NCBI RefSeq assembly: GCF_009914755.1
Contig: NC_060928.1
Length of the DNA stretch: 64,000 bases
Reading direction: 5' to 3' (one strand)
Source of the DNA: the human T2T-CHM13v2.0 reference genome, Homo sapiens
Numbering within the stretch: position 1 is the first letter of the stretch; the number at the start of each line of letters is the position of its first letter. This document shows positions 11,831 through 25,850 of this stretch, piece by piece. The notes below the pieces were generated by a model. That model was not told the DNA's origin, did no database searches, and worked only from the letters and a program-made list of their open reading frames with translations. The translations under genes were made by a program, and so were the position numbers.

Positions 11831-13790
11831 TTTTCAATCTCTTTAAAATATTTTATCTTTCATGACAGCATTCTTTTTTATTTTCTTCCTTTGTCTTTGG
11901 TCACTGCTATCTATCATTTTAAGTATCTAATGTTCTCTTGTAACTATTTCATTGTATTGGTTTTACACAGGTTCTGACCAAAGCTCTTCTGCTATGTTTA
12001 TGTGTTCTTTTGCTACCACATTGAATCCTCATGCATTAAGAATTATCTTGGAATTGCTGCTTCCTAAATCTATGCCTTCACTCCCAAAACTCTTCAGATA
12101 TCCCAAGTGATATTCATAGCTGTTTATTTGAAATATTTAATGTCACAACAAATTTGTTTAAAAAATTTTATTTGTACATATTTATGGGGTACCTGTGATA
12201 TTCTGATACAAGCATACAGTGTGTAATGATCAAATCAGGGTAACTGCGGCATCCATCACCTTAAGTATTTATCATTCCTTTGTGTTTTGAACATTCAAAT
12301 CCTACACTTTTAGTTATTTTGAAATATACAATAAATTATTATTAACTATAGTTGCCCTTTCATGCTACCAAACACTAGCTCTTATTCTTTCTAATTGTAG
12401 TTTTATATCTATTAACCATCACCCCCTTTGCCTTCATTATTCTTCCTAGCCTCTATTAACCATCATTCTACTGTCTATCTCCATAAGTTTCAACTGTCTC
12501 TTTCTGTCATATCTGACTCTAATTACAACAAATTCATTACATGCAGAAATAAATACTTCCGTCCCTTACAATTTATTTATTCTACTAATGTTAAGTAATA
12601 GCATAATCACTCATTTGATTTTTTGGAGTCATTTATTCTTGACATTTTTCACTTAGTTAAATAAGTTTAACTCATGAAAAAAAGAGCATATTCTATTTCC
12701 TATACAACATGCAAAATTACAGTAATAAAGAGTTGAAAAATATCAAAACACCTGCACTTAAAGTAATCAGAAAAGCAGCAAAAGTGCTTTAGAGAAAAAA
12801 GGTTTTCAACGAAATGCCCAGTTATTTGTTATCGAAAGACAAGTGGTCATCAACATCTTCAGAGAGGAGATACAACTTAGATGTTAAGAGTTTCCCAAGT
12901 GGATTAAACTATATATGGATAACCAAAGAGATGCGAAAAAATATGTAATGTTTCTTGATCTTCCTAACTCCAACAGATGTCCAAATATGTTGAAATAATA
13001 CCTTCAAAGCTTCTCTATATTCATTGCCTGCCTTCTATAAGAATCAGAAGTCCTTGCTCCAGTTGTCATTATATTTCCTAACATTTAGTTTTACTCCATT
13101 CTCTTCTATCCTAAATGCTTAGAGCAACAACTTTAAAACTGTTATGTCATTTTTCTTGCATAAAAATAATGAACAGCTCCTAATTTCTACAAGACAAATG
13201 CAAATCATTTATATGATATGGACGTTTATACACAGCATCATAGCCTCTTCTCTTGTATTGCCATCAAAAACACATTGAAAAATAGGGATCCATGGTGAGA
13301 AGTGCTTGGGATTTGGAGAAAAAAAAGAAAAAAGAATAAGCGGTGACCTGGTGACTCTGTGACATGACATTGGACATGCAAAACTTGCTCTTTGCAGCTT
13401 CTCTTTTTCTCTCTATTTATCTCTATTTATTAGATATTTTTCATCTGTCTATCCTATTGCCTTATATTTGCTTTTCTCTGAGATGCTTCTAGTCTTCTTA
13501 AGCTTATTTTCATTTATATTTTAAGATTTCATTGAATTCTTGTGAACTATGGTACATTCATGCTACAAATTATTATTGATTTTTTTCTTATTTTCTTGAT
13601 ACAACTACTTAAGTTTTTCTTTGTGTAGTATTTTACTATAAAATAATGGTCCTTATTACGTTGTATTATAATTGTGTATTTACTTATCATTTTTTGTATG
13701 GTAATTAAGCTCCTTGACACAGAACACCTCTCTAACTTAGGATAATACCTGGTTCATTGTGTATGTTCAGTAAATACTTGTTGACTAAGA
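11830..13790 (+). mobile_element. Fragmented L2, interrupted by an L1MA piece
   Basis: L2-like blocks at ~11830-12150, 12530-12650 and 12960-13260; L2 3' end cctggttcattgtgtatgttcagtaaatacttgttga at ~13748-13785. Confidence 0.5.
12155..12524 (-). mobile_element. 5'-truncated L1MA 3'UTR (L1MA3/4-like)
   Basis: gtacatatttatggggtacctgtgatattctgatacaagcatacagtgtgtaatgatcaaatcaggg; 10-bp TSD acaacaaatt at 12145-12154 and 12525-12534. Confidence 0.85.
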
Positions 13791-14697
13791 AAACAAAGCT
13801 TTGACCTAAACTACTTTTATAAATCAAATATACATTTTTATATAAAACTCTTGGAGAAGAATTGTAACAATTCTGTATGCTACACATTCCCTGAGAGTGT
13901 TTACTAACCTAATCTATCATAGACTTTCCCTTCCTCATGGTTGTAACCATTAAAACAAATTCTCTGAAATATTATGCTTAATTTTTCCTATCAGCAGTAG
14001 TCACAAGCTGATTCAGATGATAAAGATGAGCCAGTACTTCAATGTGAGAGTAATCACAAGAACATTTTCCTGGAAGGCTTTCACTCACTAACGTTTCTCT
14101 TGACATCTTAGGTCATTTTTCTAAAGAATCATCAATCTACACAAGTGCATATTTCCTTGCCTACAAAACTGATTTAATTATTTAATTGAGTCAGTGTAAC
14201 TGTCTATGTTCAATAAGTTTCTTAATCTTAGTTTAAATTTAATATGTTATCTCTTCAATTCTATATGTTACTTATGTCTTCAAATCAGATTTCCTGGAAT
14301 AATGTTATACTTTGAGATTTATCTTTCAAGAAATAGGAGCCCTTAATTGTTACTCTATTATGCATCAACCAGCTTAGTAATAAATTGATCTCTTGTCAGA
14401 TCAATTGTAAATAAAATATTCCATTCATATAGGAAAAGCCCCTTATTCTTAACATTTAGTATGTTTTCTTGGCTTTAAGTTATTTTATTTACTGTTACAA
14501 ATGTAGTTCTATGAATAACTGTGTAATAGAATAGCCATTTCAGTGAATTGAATCATCACTTCAGGAAGGCAACTGATTGACATTTTTGGTGACTATCTTT
14601 TTAAAAAAATGATGTAATCAATACAATATTCTGTGACCATATCTATGAATGTGAACTATAAGAAAGAATGTAATTATTTAAATAAATTGACACATTT

Positions 14698-14860
14698 CCT
14701 TTTTTTTTTTTCTTTGAGACGGTCTCGCTCTGTCTCCCAGGCTATTGCACAGTGATGCAATCGTGGCTCACTGCAAACTCAAACTTCTGGCCTCAAACAA
14801 TCCTCTTGCCTCAGCCTCCAAAATTGCTGTAGTTATAAGCATGAGCCACTACACACACCC
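14698..14860 (-). mobile_element. Free Alu monomer (FRAM-like)
   Basis: Poly-T followed by a single Alu arm; flanking cacattt direct repeat. Confidence 0.75.
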
Positions 14861-17054
14861 ACATTTATTTTTAAAAGCAATAATACATTTTAATATATTA
14901 TTTTTACCCATTTTACTAGCAATAAACATTCTTAATAAGAAAGTGAAAAGAATATTGAATTAGTTAACGAGTAGAGAGACTACAAATGAATAAAAAGAAC
15001 AGCAAAGCTCTGTTGATTACTTGAAAATGAGAAAAATTGCATTGTCTTTACAGATAATATATCATTTATCACGTTATTAGTTTGTACTATTTCCTTTTGC
15101 CAATGCCTAATTCAAAAATATTTCATGAGTGCCTCATTCTTGTAAGTACTCTGTTTTGTATTATAGGGTATGCAATTACCGATAAGAAATTAACACTATT
15201 TAGAAGAAGCTCTATTTTAGAGGGTATATTAATGGTAATATTATTCTGTTTTATAAGAAAAAAAGAATTTTTTTTTGCATTAGGGAATAGGGAGATGATT
15301 TTTCTGTACCATTCTGCTAGATCTATTCTTTTCCAAAGCTTCAGAGATACAAGGATAACAATGTGCTAATTAATTGGGAGTCATAAACATATGTTCTCAG
15401 TATAAAAGTTCAGTCCTAATACATACCAAGCTCCAAGAGCACTTGGCACAAATTATATCATTAGCACTAACATTGACTTTGCATATATCACTCTTATTCC
15501 TCATATTTTTCTCTTTGCATATAGAGGAGTTAAGCACAGTATAGCTGCTTACATGGTTGTAAGTGTGTATGTGTGTGTATGTGTACATGGCAAAGAAATA
15601 TTATTTTTAATATAGTTATCCTTTATATGAACATTCTCTTCACACAAGGATGGTGAGTGAATTTATAATGCAGTTAACACAGTATTGATAAACACATTAC
15701 TTTAGTAGACTTTTTTTTAACTTTTGATACTTATTGTGCTCTCTTCTTCCTTGAATTTATTGAATCATTTTATTTCTAACTCACTTATAACACTAAATAT
15801 ATCTTACAATACCTTATAATTAAGTAAATACAAATTATTAGTTATGTACTCAATATAATAAGATTTAAGTGATATCCTAGATACTGTCATCCAGCCTTCT
15901 ATATATCTCAGGTATATTTCTTACACTGAAGATGCTCCAGTTAAAACTGTTGATTGCTATTTCCTAAGGTGTTAGCCTCAAATCTCTATGTACTTCCATT
16001 CTTTGGCAAACATATCTGAGGTGCAATTAAGCCATGAAAAATATTCTTGTCTCTGAAAACAAGATCAATCTAAAGCCAAACTTAAATAATATTTTATATG
16101 ATTTACCTTTCCTGTGAGTCATGTTTTCATTTGGCCGTTTAGTGTTGAAAGAGGTTAAAAGGATGCACCGGGCTATCTTATTACACAGCCTCCCCGGAAA
16201 ATGAGTCTGAAAGAGATTAGCAATACAAGCCATTTCAAAGTACCATCCCATTCGAAAATAACACCTAAGCCAAGCCAGAAAAATATTCCTCTCATTAAGC
16301 AGAACTCCCAGGCCTAATCCCAGAGAATAATGATCAGGCGTTGATCCAAGTGAGAATTATTACTCTTTGGGCAGGAAGAAAGGAAAAGACTTGTATTCCC
16401 ATCCAAGGCTAGAATACTTCACTCAAAGTCTTCTATGATATGTGAAATTTCTTCTGTTCAGCTTCGATATCTGAATGCATAGATTTTCCCTGGAAGAGGA
16501 GATCATAACCTCAGAAACATTACGCCACACCTTAAATAAACCACATTTCTAGCCCTTGGCATTATTCCTATGATTCGACATAAGATCAATAGGATGGGTA
16601 ACTCAGCATCTCAAGAACGTATGTGATTGTTTTTTAGATGCTACCCTAAAATATAGGAAATGTGTCAATACATTATTAAAATTAAGTATGCCTAAAGCAC
16701 ATAAATATTCAGGTAAGGATATACAACATGGTTTAATTCACTTCTCAAATTATTCATAGGTATAGTCAGATTTGCCAATGTTATAATGTGTATCTTAAAT
16801 TAGTCTATCTTACTCAATTTTAATAATATAAACAATGCAAAATTTGTTCTACGTATTTCAAGTTTTAGCAATATGAGGGCACGTTAGTCTTTTACAGAAA
16901 ATGAAGTCCCCAAGTATAACAAAAATACTAATATATGTTTCCTTTTCTTTATATTTTTCTTTTTCTGCTTATTCTGGCCAAATTCTTTATAGTATGAGTA
17001 ATTTTGAACTTGCTTTCGAAGATTTGTATATGTTTGGTTCACAAAACTGTCAAA

Positions 17055-18150
17055 GACTTTAGAAGAAAAGTAAAATACAGGCCAATAATTTGCATAAACA
17101 TTGATGCAAAACTCCTAAACAAAGATTGCCACTCCAAAACCACGGATGTTTGGGTGTTTGGGTGTGTGTGTATGTGTGTGTGTCTGGTGTGTGTATTACA
17201 CATTTTATATATATACAATATATGTATATATTCTCAAGAATAATGTTAAGTTGCCAAAGTTGCCTTAGCACTAGGCAATGAATAAGGGTAATTCATGATA
17301 TTAAGAAAATAGGGAAAAGTCATATGACTATTTTAATAGATGCAGAAATATAACTTAATCAGTTACCTATTTATAACCAAAAATCTTAGACAAGGAATAG
17401 AAGAACACTTCCTTAACCTAATAAGGTATGACTAAAAGGAAATACAAAGGGAAAACAAAACAAATCATGAGTTGCAGGACTTTTTTCTGAAATAAGGTTT
17501 TCCTTCGGAATGTGTGTTTCTTCTGTAATCACATACATTTAACATTTGATCAGAATTTCCAACTAGTATAAAGTAAGATAACTAGATAAATGTGTAGGTA
17601 TTGGAAATAACTACATAAATATGCCATTGTTCATAATTGGCATGATTTTTAATGTAGAAAACAAAAAAAGAGAATATAGATTAACTGTTGTAACTAGTAA
17701 GTAAATTGGCAAGTTTTCTAGAAATAAATCGTTTTCTTCACACAAATAAATAGAAAATGAAACTAATGAAAGATATACAACTTAACACATCACCAAAAGT
17801 TGAAATGTCTGAGAATAAAAGAAAAAAAGTTGTATATATTTATATATACAAACACAACTCTCTGTGGAGACAATTTCAAAGTAAGCCCCAATAAATGGAG
17901 GATCATGCCACGTTTTTTGGATTGGAAAAGTTTATGTGAATATGTTAATTCTGCTCAAATTTTCTGAATATGTGATGCAACTCTAATCAACATCCTAACA
18001 GATATTTTAGTGAAAATTTAAAGGTTATTTAAAAATTTGTATAGAAATGCAGAGGTCAAAGTCTATCCAAGAAAATCTTGAAGAACAACAATGAAGGACT
18101 GACATTCCTAGATATCAAGACTTGGAATAAGCTACATTAATTTTAACAGT
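17055..18150 (+). mobile_element. Old L1M ORF2 fragment
   Basis: KYRPIICINIDAKLLNK resembles L1 [19 protein letters not shown]; further degenerate ORF2 sequence follows; interrupted by a TG/TA microsatellite at ~17150-17230. Confidence 0.7.
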
Positions 18151-18159
18151 GCATTATTT

Positions 18160-19100
18160 CACTTTATATTTATCTTTGGCTTATTATTATTGCCTGTATT
18201 TAAACTTTTTTTAGTAGTTTTCATAGGGTTTAAACTATAAATTTTTAATCACATCTGTATTAGTCTGTTTTCATACTGCTGAAAAGAACTGCCTTAGACT
18301 AGGTGATTTATAAAGGAAAGAGGTTTAATTGACTCACAGTTCAGCATGGCTAGGGAGGCCTCAGGAATCATGGGGGAAGGTGAGGGAAGAGCAAGGCACC
18401 TTCTTCACAAGGTGGCAGGGAGGAGAAGTGCTGAACGAAGGGGAAAGAGGACCTTATAAAACCATCAGGTCTCATGGGAACTCACTCACTGTCATGAGAA
18501 CAGCATGGAGGAAACCACCCCCAGGATTCAATTACCTCCACCTGGTCTCTTACTTGACATGTGGGGATTGTGAGGGTTATGGGGATTACTGTTCAAGATG
18601 AGATTTGGGTGGGGACACAGAGCCTAACCATATCGACATCCCACCTTCGAATAGTATTAAATACCTCCTAATGGGCGATATAGGAAACTTACCACCTTAT
18701 GCTCCTAATTCCTCCCTCCTATATGTTGTGTTATTGTTGTCATACATTTTACTGTTACATATGCTGTACATAACACAGTATACTTTTACTATTTTTGCTT
18801 TATACATTAATTTTAGGGCAATTAAAATAAATGTCTTAAAATATATTTTTTCCTTTGTTTTAATCATTTCCAAAGATTTTATGTCTTTTTGTAAATCCAA
18901 GTTTCTGTCTGGTATTATATTCCTCCTTCATGAAGAAGTTTAAATTTTTTTATAGTGAAAGTCTACAGGAAATTGATTCTATCAGTTTCTTTGTTTCAAA
19001 ATATCTTTATTTCATTTTTGAAAGGTATTTTTGCTGACTTGACAGTTTTGAGTTATTTTTCACCACTTTAAAGATGTCATCTGTTGTCTTCTGTCTTCAT
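18160..19100 (-). mobile_element. Old L1M (L1MC/ME-type) ORF1-end/spacer fragment, host of THE1D
   Basis: ttcatttttgaaaggtatttttgctg...ctttaaagatgtcatctgttgtcttctg is typical antisense L1M ORF1 C-terminal sequence; it continues on both sides of THE1D. Confidence 0.55.
18256..18635 (-). mobile_element. THE1D MaLR solo LTR
   Basis: tgtattagtctgttttcatactgctg...gcaaggcaccttcttcacaagg...gagatttgggtggggacacagagcctaaccatatc; perfect 5-bp TSD acatc at 18251-18255 and 18636-18640. Confidence 0.92.
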
Positions 19101-19407
19101 ATACACCTTGGGGAAAATATGCTTTGCTAACCCTTTCCAACATCTGAAGACTTTTATTTTTTGGGGGTGATGGCTTTGGGCAGGTATCCATTCCTTTTAT
19201 GAATCTGTGGCTGCACTTATCCTTTATGAGTACATCAACAAAGCAAGGCTTCTTTTCTCTTACACTCTACCCAGTCCCTCTCATGACCTTGACGTATGTC
19301 AATTGAGAAGAACCTGCAAAGTGGGTATAAGAGCCCCTTATGTCATTGGCTCCATAGTTTCTCTATTCTCATTCTAGCCCACACTTAGCCTCTAGAAATT
19401 TGTAAGG

Positions 19408-19450
19408 AGAAAGAAAAGAAAAGAAAAGAAAAGGAAAAGAAAAGAGAAAA
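19408..19450 (+). repeat. (GAAAA)n simple repeat
   Basis: agaaagaaaagaaaagaaaagaaaaggaaaagaaaagag. Confidence 0.85.
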
Positions 19451-19959
19451 ACCATAGATGGATTATCCTTCTTTACCCTGTTATATGGTTTCTATCATAT
19501 TTTCCTACAATTGCACTCCTACAGGTCAGCCAGAGCTCAGGCTGTCTCTCCTTGGAGGGTCTTAGATGTCAGGTTACTTGGTTGCCCTATAATCTCTTCT
19601 CTCAAATGGCTTCAAAGAGCTTTTTCTTGTTGTTAGATTTGGAATGATGCAATTTTTGGCAGTCTACATCCTAGGCAAAAGGTGGCTCTCTCAATCAATA
19701 TATTATTTATCACGAACAATACAAAGATCTTACAGTGTTTTACCTCTGAATGTTTTAACCTTTTCCCAGCTTATGTGATATTACTTTGTACTATTACATC
19801 TATCTCTTTTGAAGTCCACAAATAAAATATTTTTATTATTGCTGTAGGTAATTTGTTTATTTAGATACCCTAAAAAGAAATGTTAACCACTAGGTTTATG
19901 TCCTAAGTTTTCTCACACATCAAACCTTCTTTAGTTTTATTAAAGCACATTTTTTTGCT

Positions 19960-21890
19960 TTTCTTTTTTTTTTTTTTAATTATACTTTAAGTTCTGGAAT
20001 ACATGTGCAGAACGTGCAGGTTTGTTACACAGGTATACATGCACGGTGGTGGTTTGCTGAACCCATCAACCTGTCATCTACGTTAGGTATTTCTCCTAAT
20101 GCTATCTCTCCCTCCCCTAGCCCTCCTCCCCACGACATGCCAAGGTGTGTGATGCTCCCCTCCCTGTGTCCATGTGTTCTCACTGTTAAACTCTCACTTA
20201 CGAGTGAGAACATGCAGTGTTTGATTTTCTGTTCCTGTGTTAGTTTGCTGAGAATGATGGTTTCCAGCTTCATCCATGTCCCTGCAAGGGACATGGACTC
20301 ATCCGTTTTTACGACTGCATAGTATTTCATGGTGCATATATGCCACAATTTCTTTATCCAGTCTATTATTGATGGGCATTTAGGATGCTTCCATGTCTTT
20401 GCTATTATGATCAGTGCTGCAATAAATATGAGTGTGCATGTGTCTTTATAGTAGAATGATTTATAATCCCTTGATTATATACCCAGTAATGGGATTGCTG
20501 TGTCAAATGGTATTTCTGGTTCTAGATCCTTGAGGATTTGCCACACTGTCTTCCACAATGGTTGAACTAATTTACACTCCCATGAACAGTGTAAAAGAGT
20601 TCCTATTTCTCTGTATCCTCTGCAGCATCCGTTGTTTCCTGACTTTTTAATGATCGCCATTCTAAGTGGTGTGAGATAGTATCTCATTGTGGTTTTAATT
20701 TGCATTTCTCTAATGACCAGTGATGATGAGCTTCTTTTCATAAGTTTGTTGGCCACATAAATGTCTTCTTTTGAGAGTGTCTGTTTATACCCTTCACCCA
20801 CTTTTTGATGGGGTTGTTTGCTTTTTTATTGTAAATTTGTTTAAATTCTTTGTAGATTCTGGATATTAGCCCTTTGTCAGATGTATAGACTGCAAAAATT
20901 TTCTCTCATTGTGTAGGTTGCCTGTTCACTCTTTTGATAGTTCATTTTGCTCTGCAGAAGCTCTTTAATTAGATCCCGTCTGTCAGTTTTGGCTTTTGTT
21001 GCCATTGCCTTTGGTGTTTTAGTCATGAAGTCTTTGCCCATGCCTATGTCCTAAATGGTAATGCCTAGGTTTTCTTCTAGGGTTTTTATGGTTTTGGTCT
21101 TACATTTAAGTGTTTAATCCATCTTGAATTAATTTTTGTATAAGGTGTAAGGAAGGAGTCCAGTTTCAGTTTTCTGCATAGGGCTAGCCAGTTTTCCAGA
21201 CACCATTTATTAAATAGGGAATCCTTTCCCCATTGCTTGTTTATGTCAGGTTTGTCAAAGATCAGACAGTTGTGGATGTTCGGTATTGTTTCTGAGGCCT
21301 CTGTTCTGCTCCATTGGTCTATATATCTGTTTTGGTACCAGTACCATGCTGTTTTGGTTACTGTAGCCTTGTAGTTTGAAGGCAGATAGTGTGATGCCTC
21401 CAACTTTGTTCTTCTTGCTTAGGATTGTCTTGGTTATATGGGCTCTTTTTTGGTTCCATATGAAATTTAAAGTAGTTTTTTCTAATTATGTGAAAAAGTC
21501 AATGGTAGCTTGATGGGGATAGCATTGAATCTATAAATTACTTTGGGCAGTATGGCCATTTTTATGATATTGATTCTTCCTATCCATGAGAATGGAATAT
21601 TTTTCCATTTGTTTGTGTCCTCTCTTATTTTCTTGAGTAGTGGTTTGTTGTTCTCCTTGAAGAGGTCCTTCACATCCCTTGTAAGTTGTATTCCTAGGTA
21701 TTTAACTCTCTTTGTAGCAATTGTGAATGGGAGTTCACTCATGATTTGGCTCTCTGTTTGTCTATTATTGGTGTATAGGAATGCTTGTGATTTTTGCACA
21801 TTGATTTTGTATGCTGAGACTTTGCTGAAGTTGCTTATCAGCTTAAAGAGATTTTGGGCTGAGACGATGGAGTTTTCTAAATATACATTC
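19960..21890 (-). mobile_element. 5'-truncated L1PA7-like element
   Basis: Poly-T, then attatactttaagttctgg...ctatctctccctcccctagccc; minus-strand ORFs 21482-21892, 21086-21403 and 20475-20801 are frameshifted L1 ORF2 C-terminal pieces. Confidence 0.92.
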
Positions 21891-22124
21891 ATTTATAGGA
21901 CTGTATTCTTTTTCGTGAATTTGTTGATAGTAAATATAGATTATGTTTGTTTCAAACTTATTTTATTTAATATTACCCATTATTTTAAAAATACAGTTTC
22001 AGTAGTATTCAATTGAAGGTTTAAAGTTATTTTCCTTGAACACTTTTAAAGATTTCACTTATTTCTGGCTTCCATTATTGTATCAAGAAGTTTGAGATCA
22101 GTCTAAATACTTTTTTTTTATAGG

Positions 22125-22996
22125 CGTGATACTGTGAAATATATATTTGGTCTTCATCCCTGTTTCCTGACAGACACGTGGCTCCTAAATTCCTTGGGAT
22201 CTTCCAGAGTAATAAGAGTGTATTTGATATGCCAATGAGATGACTGGTGAATGGCAGCTCCTAGGTAACTTCAGGATGGAGGCTGCTCGAAGAAAGGCCA
22301 AGTCATCATTAGAGGGTTAAGACTTTCGGCCTTACTAGAGAGGGAAGGTGGGCTGAATGTTAAGCTGATTACTAATGACTGATGATTTAATCAATCATGC
22401 CTACATAATGAAGCTTCCATAAAAACCTCAAAATACAGGATTTGAAATGAGCTTCCAGAAATCTGACCATGTGGAGATTCCTGGAGAGTGGCATGCCTGG
22501 AGAGGGCATGGAATCTCCATTTCCCATCCCATATAACCTCACCCTATGCATCTCTTCATCTGTATCCCTTCTAATAACTTTTACAATAAACCAATAATGA
22601 TAAGTAAGTGTTTCACTGAGTTCTGTGAGCTAGTTTGGCAAATTGTTCAAAGCTGGGAGATAGTTTGGGAACCCCAACTTACAGCAGATAGGTTAAAAGC
22701 ACAGTTTAAACAACCTGCACTTGCAACTGGCATCTGAAGTCATGGGGCAATTTTATGAGGCTGATCCTCAAACTGTGGGTCAGTCTGACACTATCTGATG
22801 CTATCTCTAGGCAGATAGTGTCAAAATTGAATTGAATTAGAGGACACCCAGCTGGTGTCTGTGGCAGAACTGATTTGGTTGTTGGCGTGTTGGAGAAATT
22901 CTCACATAATTTTTGGTAGCCAAAGGTCACAGAAGTTTTCTGTACTGATTGTGTTGTGAGAGTATACTGGAATAAATGTTTTTTCCTATATCCTTA
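22125..22996 (+). mobile_element. MER21-family solo LTR
   Basis: gtgatactgtgaaatatatatttggtc...aatcaatcatgcctacataatgaagcttccataaaaacc...aattgaattgaattagaggacacccagctggtgtc; flanking atagg direct repeat at 22120-22124 and 22997-23001. Confidence 0.85.
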
Positions 22997-25334
22997 ATAG
23001 GTAATCAATATTTTATTTCAGACTATTTTAATGTATTTTCTTTAATTTTTTCCAACAGTTTTACTAGTGTATGTCTAGTTGTTGTTTTTATCCTGTCTGT
23101 CATTAAATCCTCAATATAATAAATCATGTCTCTCACAAATTTTGCAAACTGATCATCTGCTTAACTATCACTTTAATTAGGTTTTTAACATTGCCACGTT
23201 AATTTAGGACTATACACATATAAGAGAGCAAAAGTTTTATGTATAGGTTTTTATTAGGTCACAATTTTATATTCAGAATACATAGTAGGGAAGAAAATCA
23301 CATATCACAAATAAAGAGATACCCAGGAGGAGGAAAAAATTTACTTCTGTATTTACCTTTCTCAGGATGGTAGGTCACTTTCAGGCTATGTTCCCTATCA
23401 TCTGAAGGGATACAGCACCAACAGTGCAGATAGATTGAGTTTTCTTTCCTCTGAGACAGTCAGGGAAATACATTGCAAGCTAAGCTAGGGAGAAAATAAC
23501 TCATTATTCATAGCATAGTGTCATACACTCTGTAGGCTTTCAACAGTATAATTGATGATGATGATGATGTGACAGTCTTATGTGTATTTCTCTTTAGTCC
23601 TTGACATTATAGCTTTCATTATTCTGCCTACATGTAACAAAGTAAACTAGAGAGTCAGTCATATAAACTGGAATTTCAGAAGGAAAAAAGATGTCAGATT
23701 TCAAAATAATAATTCTTTCCTTCTGGATTTCTCCTTTATTCAAAACCACTCTCCCTGACAGCTTTTCTCTTTATTATTCCTTTATAGAAATCATCCCTGA
23801 TTGCAATGAGCTCTGTCTCCAATTTTTTGTGACAGGCATCTGAGAATTATGGCACTAGCATTTACCCTCTTGTTCACTTCAAACTGTTCCTTCTGTTCTT
23901 GGAATAACGCAGAAAATATGATGTTTGAGCAATGCAGGCTTAAAGGACACAGGCAGTTTCCACTGATGTCAGTGGTAGCGACCTCTAGTTCTTGAAAGAA
24001 AGGCCTTACCCTTTATACCATTTCTAATACCAGTATGGGCCCTCCTTAAAAGCTGAACAAGGAGAGGACTCATAGAATTAAGGAATTTCAAAACTCACAC
24101 AGACCCTGAGATTTTATTCCAATCTTTTAATTTTGTGTATTAAGAAACCAAGTCTACAAGAATTTCTATGTGCTCAAAGCCACACATTTATTTCGTTGCT
24201 GAAATTCTTGTTCTATACATCATTAAAAAACCAATTAACACATCAATTTTGTATACAGTCCTCTTCTTCAACATAAATCAATTAGTGTGAAGCTGTGTAA
24301 TATAGAAAATATAATTTAGAGGTTTATTTTTTTAAAAAGAGGAAGAAAAATGAGCTATTTAGCTTATTGCTGCCAATGGCTTAATTTGGCCAGTGAGCAG
24401 TAAGAAGCAGGGTTTGGCATTGACTGCTACTCAACCATTTCTCTCACAACATTTGTCCTGGATTTTTCCCAGGGAAACTGAACAATAGATCATAGATTTT
24501 GGGATATTGTTTCTTACTCTTGTCAATTTGTCAGCATGGGTTTTTGAAAGATACAACTTATAAATGTGATACAATAATAATTTTTTTAATTTCAGCAAAT
24601 TTAAGCTCTACATATGGCACATTTCTTTTTCTATTCTATCTGTCATCTGTGTCTTAGAGATGGTGAGTTCTATATTTTATGAAATAAAAGAATCAGATAA
24701 ACTTTTTCATAATAAGAACAAGTAATTCATAATCCTAATCTTGGGTATGTTTGTATTTCAAAGGAAGCCTAGATGGAGAAACTTTCTATCTAAATAATAA
24801 AACTTCAGATGACAGTATCCTAAGTCTACTGGCTAATCTGCCTGTAGGGTCATCTAGGGCAGAGGGTTTTATTTTTGCTTCCTATTATTACTAAATAATT
24901 GCCAACCTTTCATAAGTCATCATTGATTGTATCCTTGAAAATGTTGCTATGTTTTAGTTTTCTAGTATGCCACTTAAAAGTTAAAATGGCTACCTTCATT
25001 TGTGGGACAGTTGATAACACACTCATTATTCCCTCTCACCTTTCAAATGATCAAACACATTAACTTTAGTTCATTTTTTATATTTTTCGGTTTTAGGCAT
25101 CAGCTATTGGTTTAGTTCTTTAATACTCCCACCACTTACACAAACACTGAACACTGGTATCTCCTCCCCCTTTCTGTCAGTGCAGCTGGAATTTTGAGTT
25201 AGATTAATGTTGAGTGTGTATATCTTATAAATATGTAAACACTATTCTCAACCAAGCCATACAATATATAATATTATTCCATTTCTTTTCTTGCACAATT
25301 TTTTAATGTTTTAATTTTTACTCTATTAAAATGT

Positions 25335-25629
25335 TTTTTGGAGGCAGAATTTCACTCTGTTGCCCAGGCTAGAGTGCAATGGTTCAGTCATGACTCACTG
25401 TAGCCTCGTGTCCTGGGTTCAAGTGATCCTCTTTTCTCAGCTTCCTAAGGAGCTGGGGCCAAATGTGTGAGTCACCCTGCCTGGCAGTTTTATATTTTTA
25501 TTTTTTTGCAGAGATGGGTCTCACTATGTTGCCCAGGCTGGTCTCAGACCTCTGGACTCAAGCGATCCTCCCAGCTTGGGGTCCCAAAGTGTTGGTTGGG
25601 ATTACAGGCATGAGCCACCACACCTGGCC
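25335..25629 (-). mobile_element. AluJ
   Basis: Dimeric Alu with J-type features (ctcactgtagcctc, gtctcactatgttgcccaggctggtctc, ctcaagcgatcctcc); heavily diverged. Confidence 0.9.
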
Positions 25630-25704
25630 TATTTTTCTTTCCCACTTTTTAAAAATTACCAATGTGGCTCTCTGTGTTCTTATCATGACTGCCTCCCCAA
25701 ACAT

Positions 25705-25850
25705 TTTAGCAAATACTCACTTAGGCTTGACTAGGTGCCAAGTAATTTTCAAATGCTTTACAAATATTCATTAAAAAACTTTGAGATAGATAGTATGATT
25801 ATCCTCATTACATAATTAAGAAGCACATGGTTAAGTATCATGTCTGGGTC
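25705..25850 (-). mobile_element. MIR fragment
   Basis: gtgccaagtaattttcaaatgctttacaaatattcatt...attatcctcattacat...ggttaagtatcatgtc. Confidence 0.6.
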
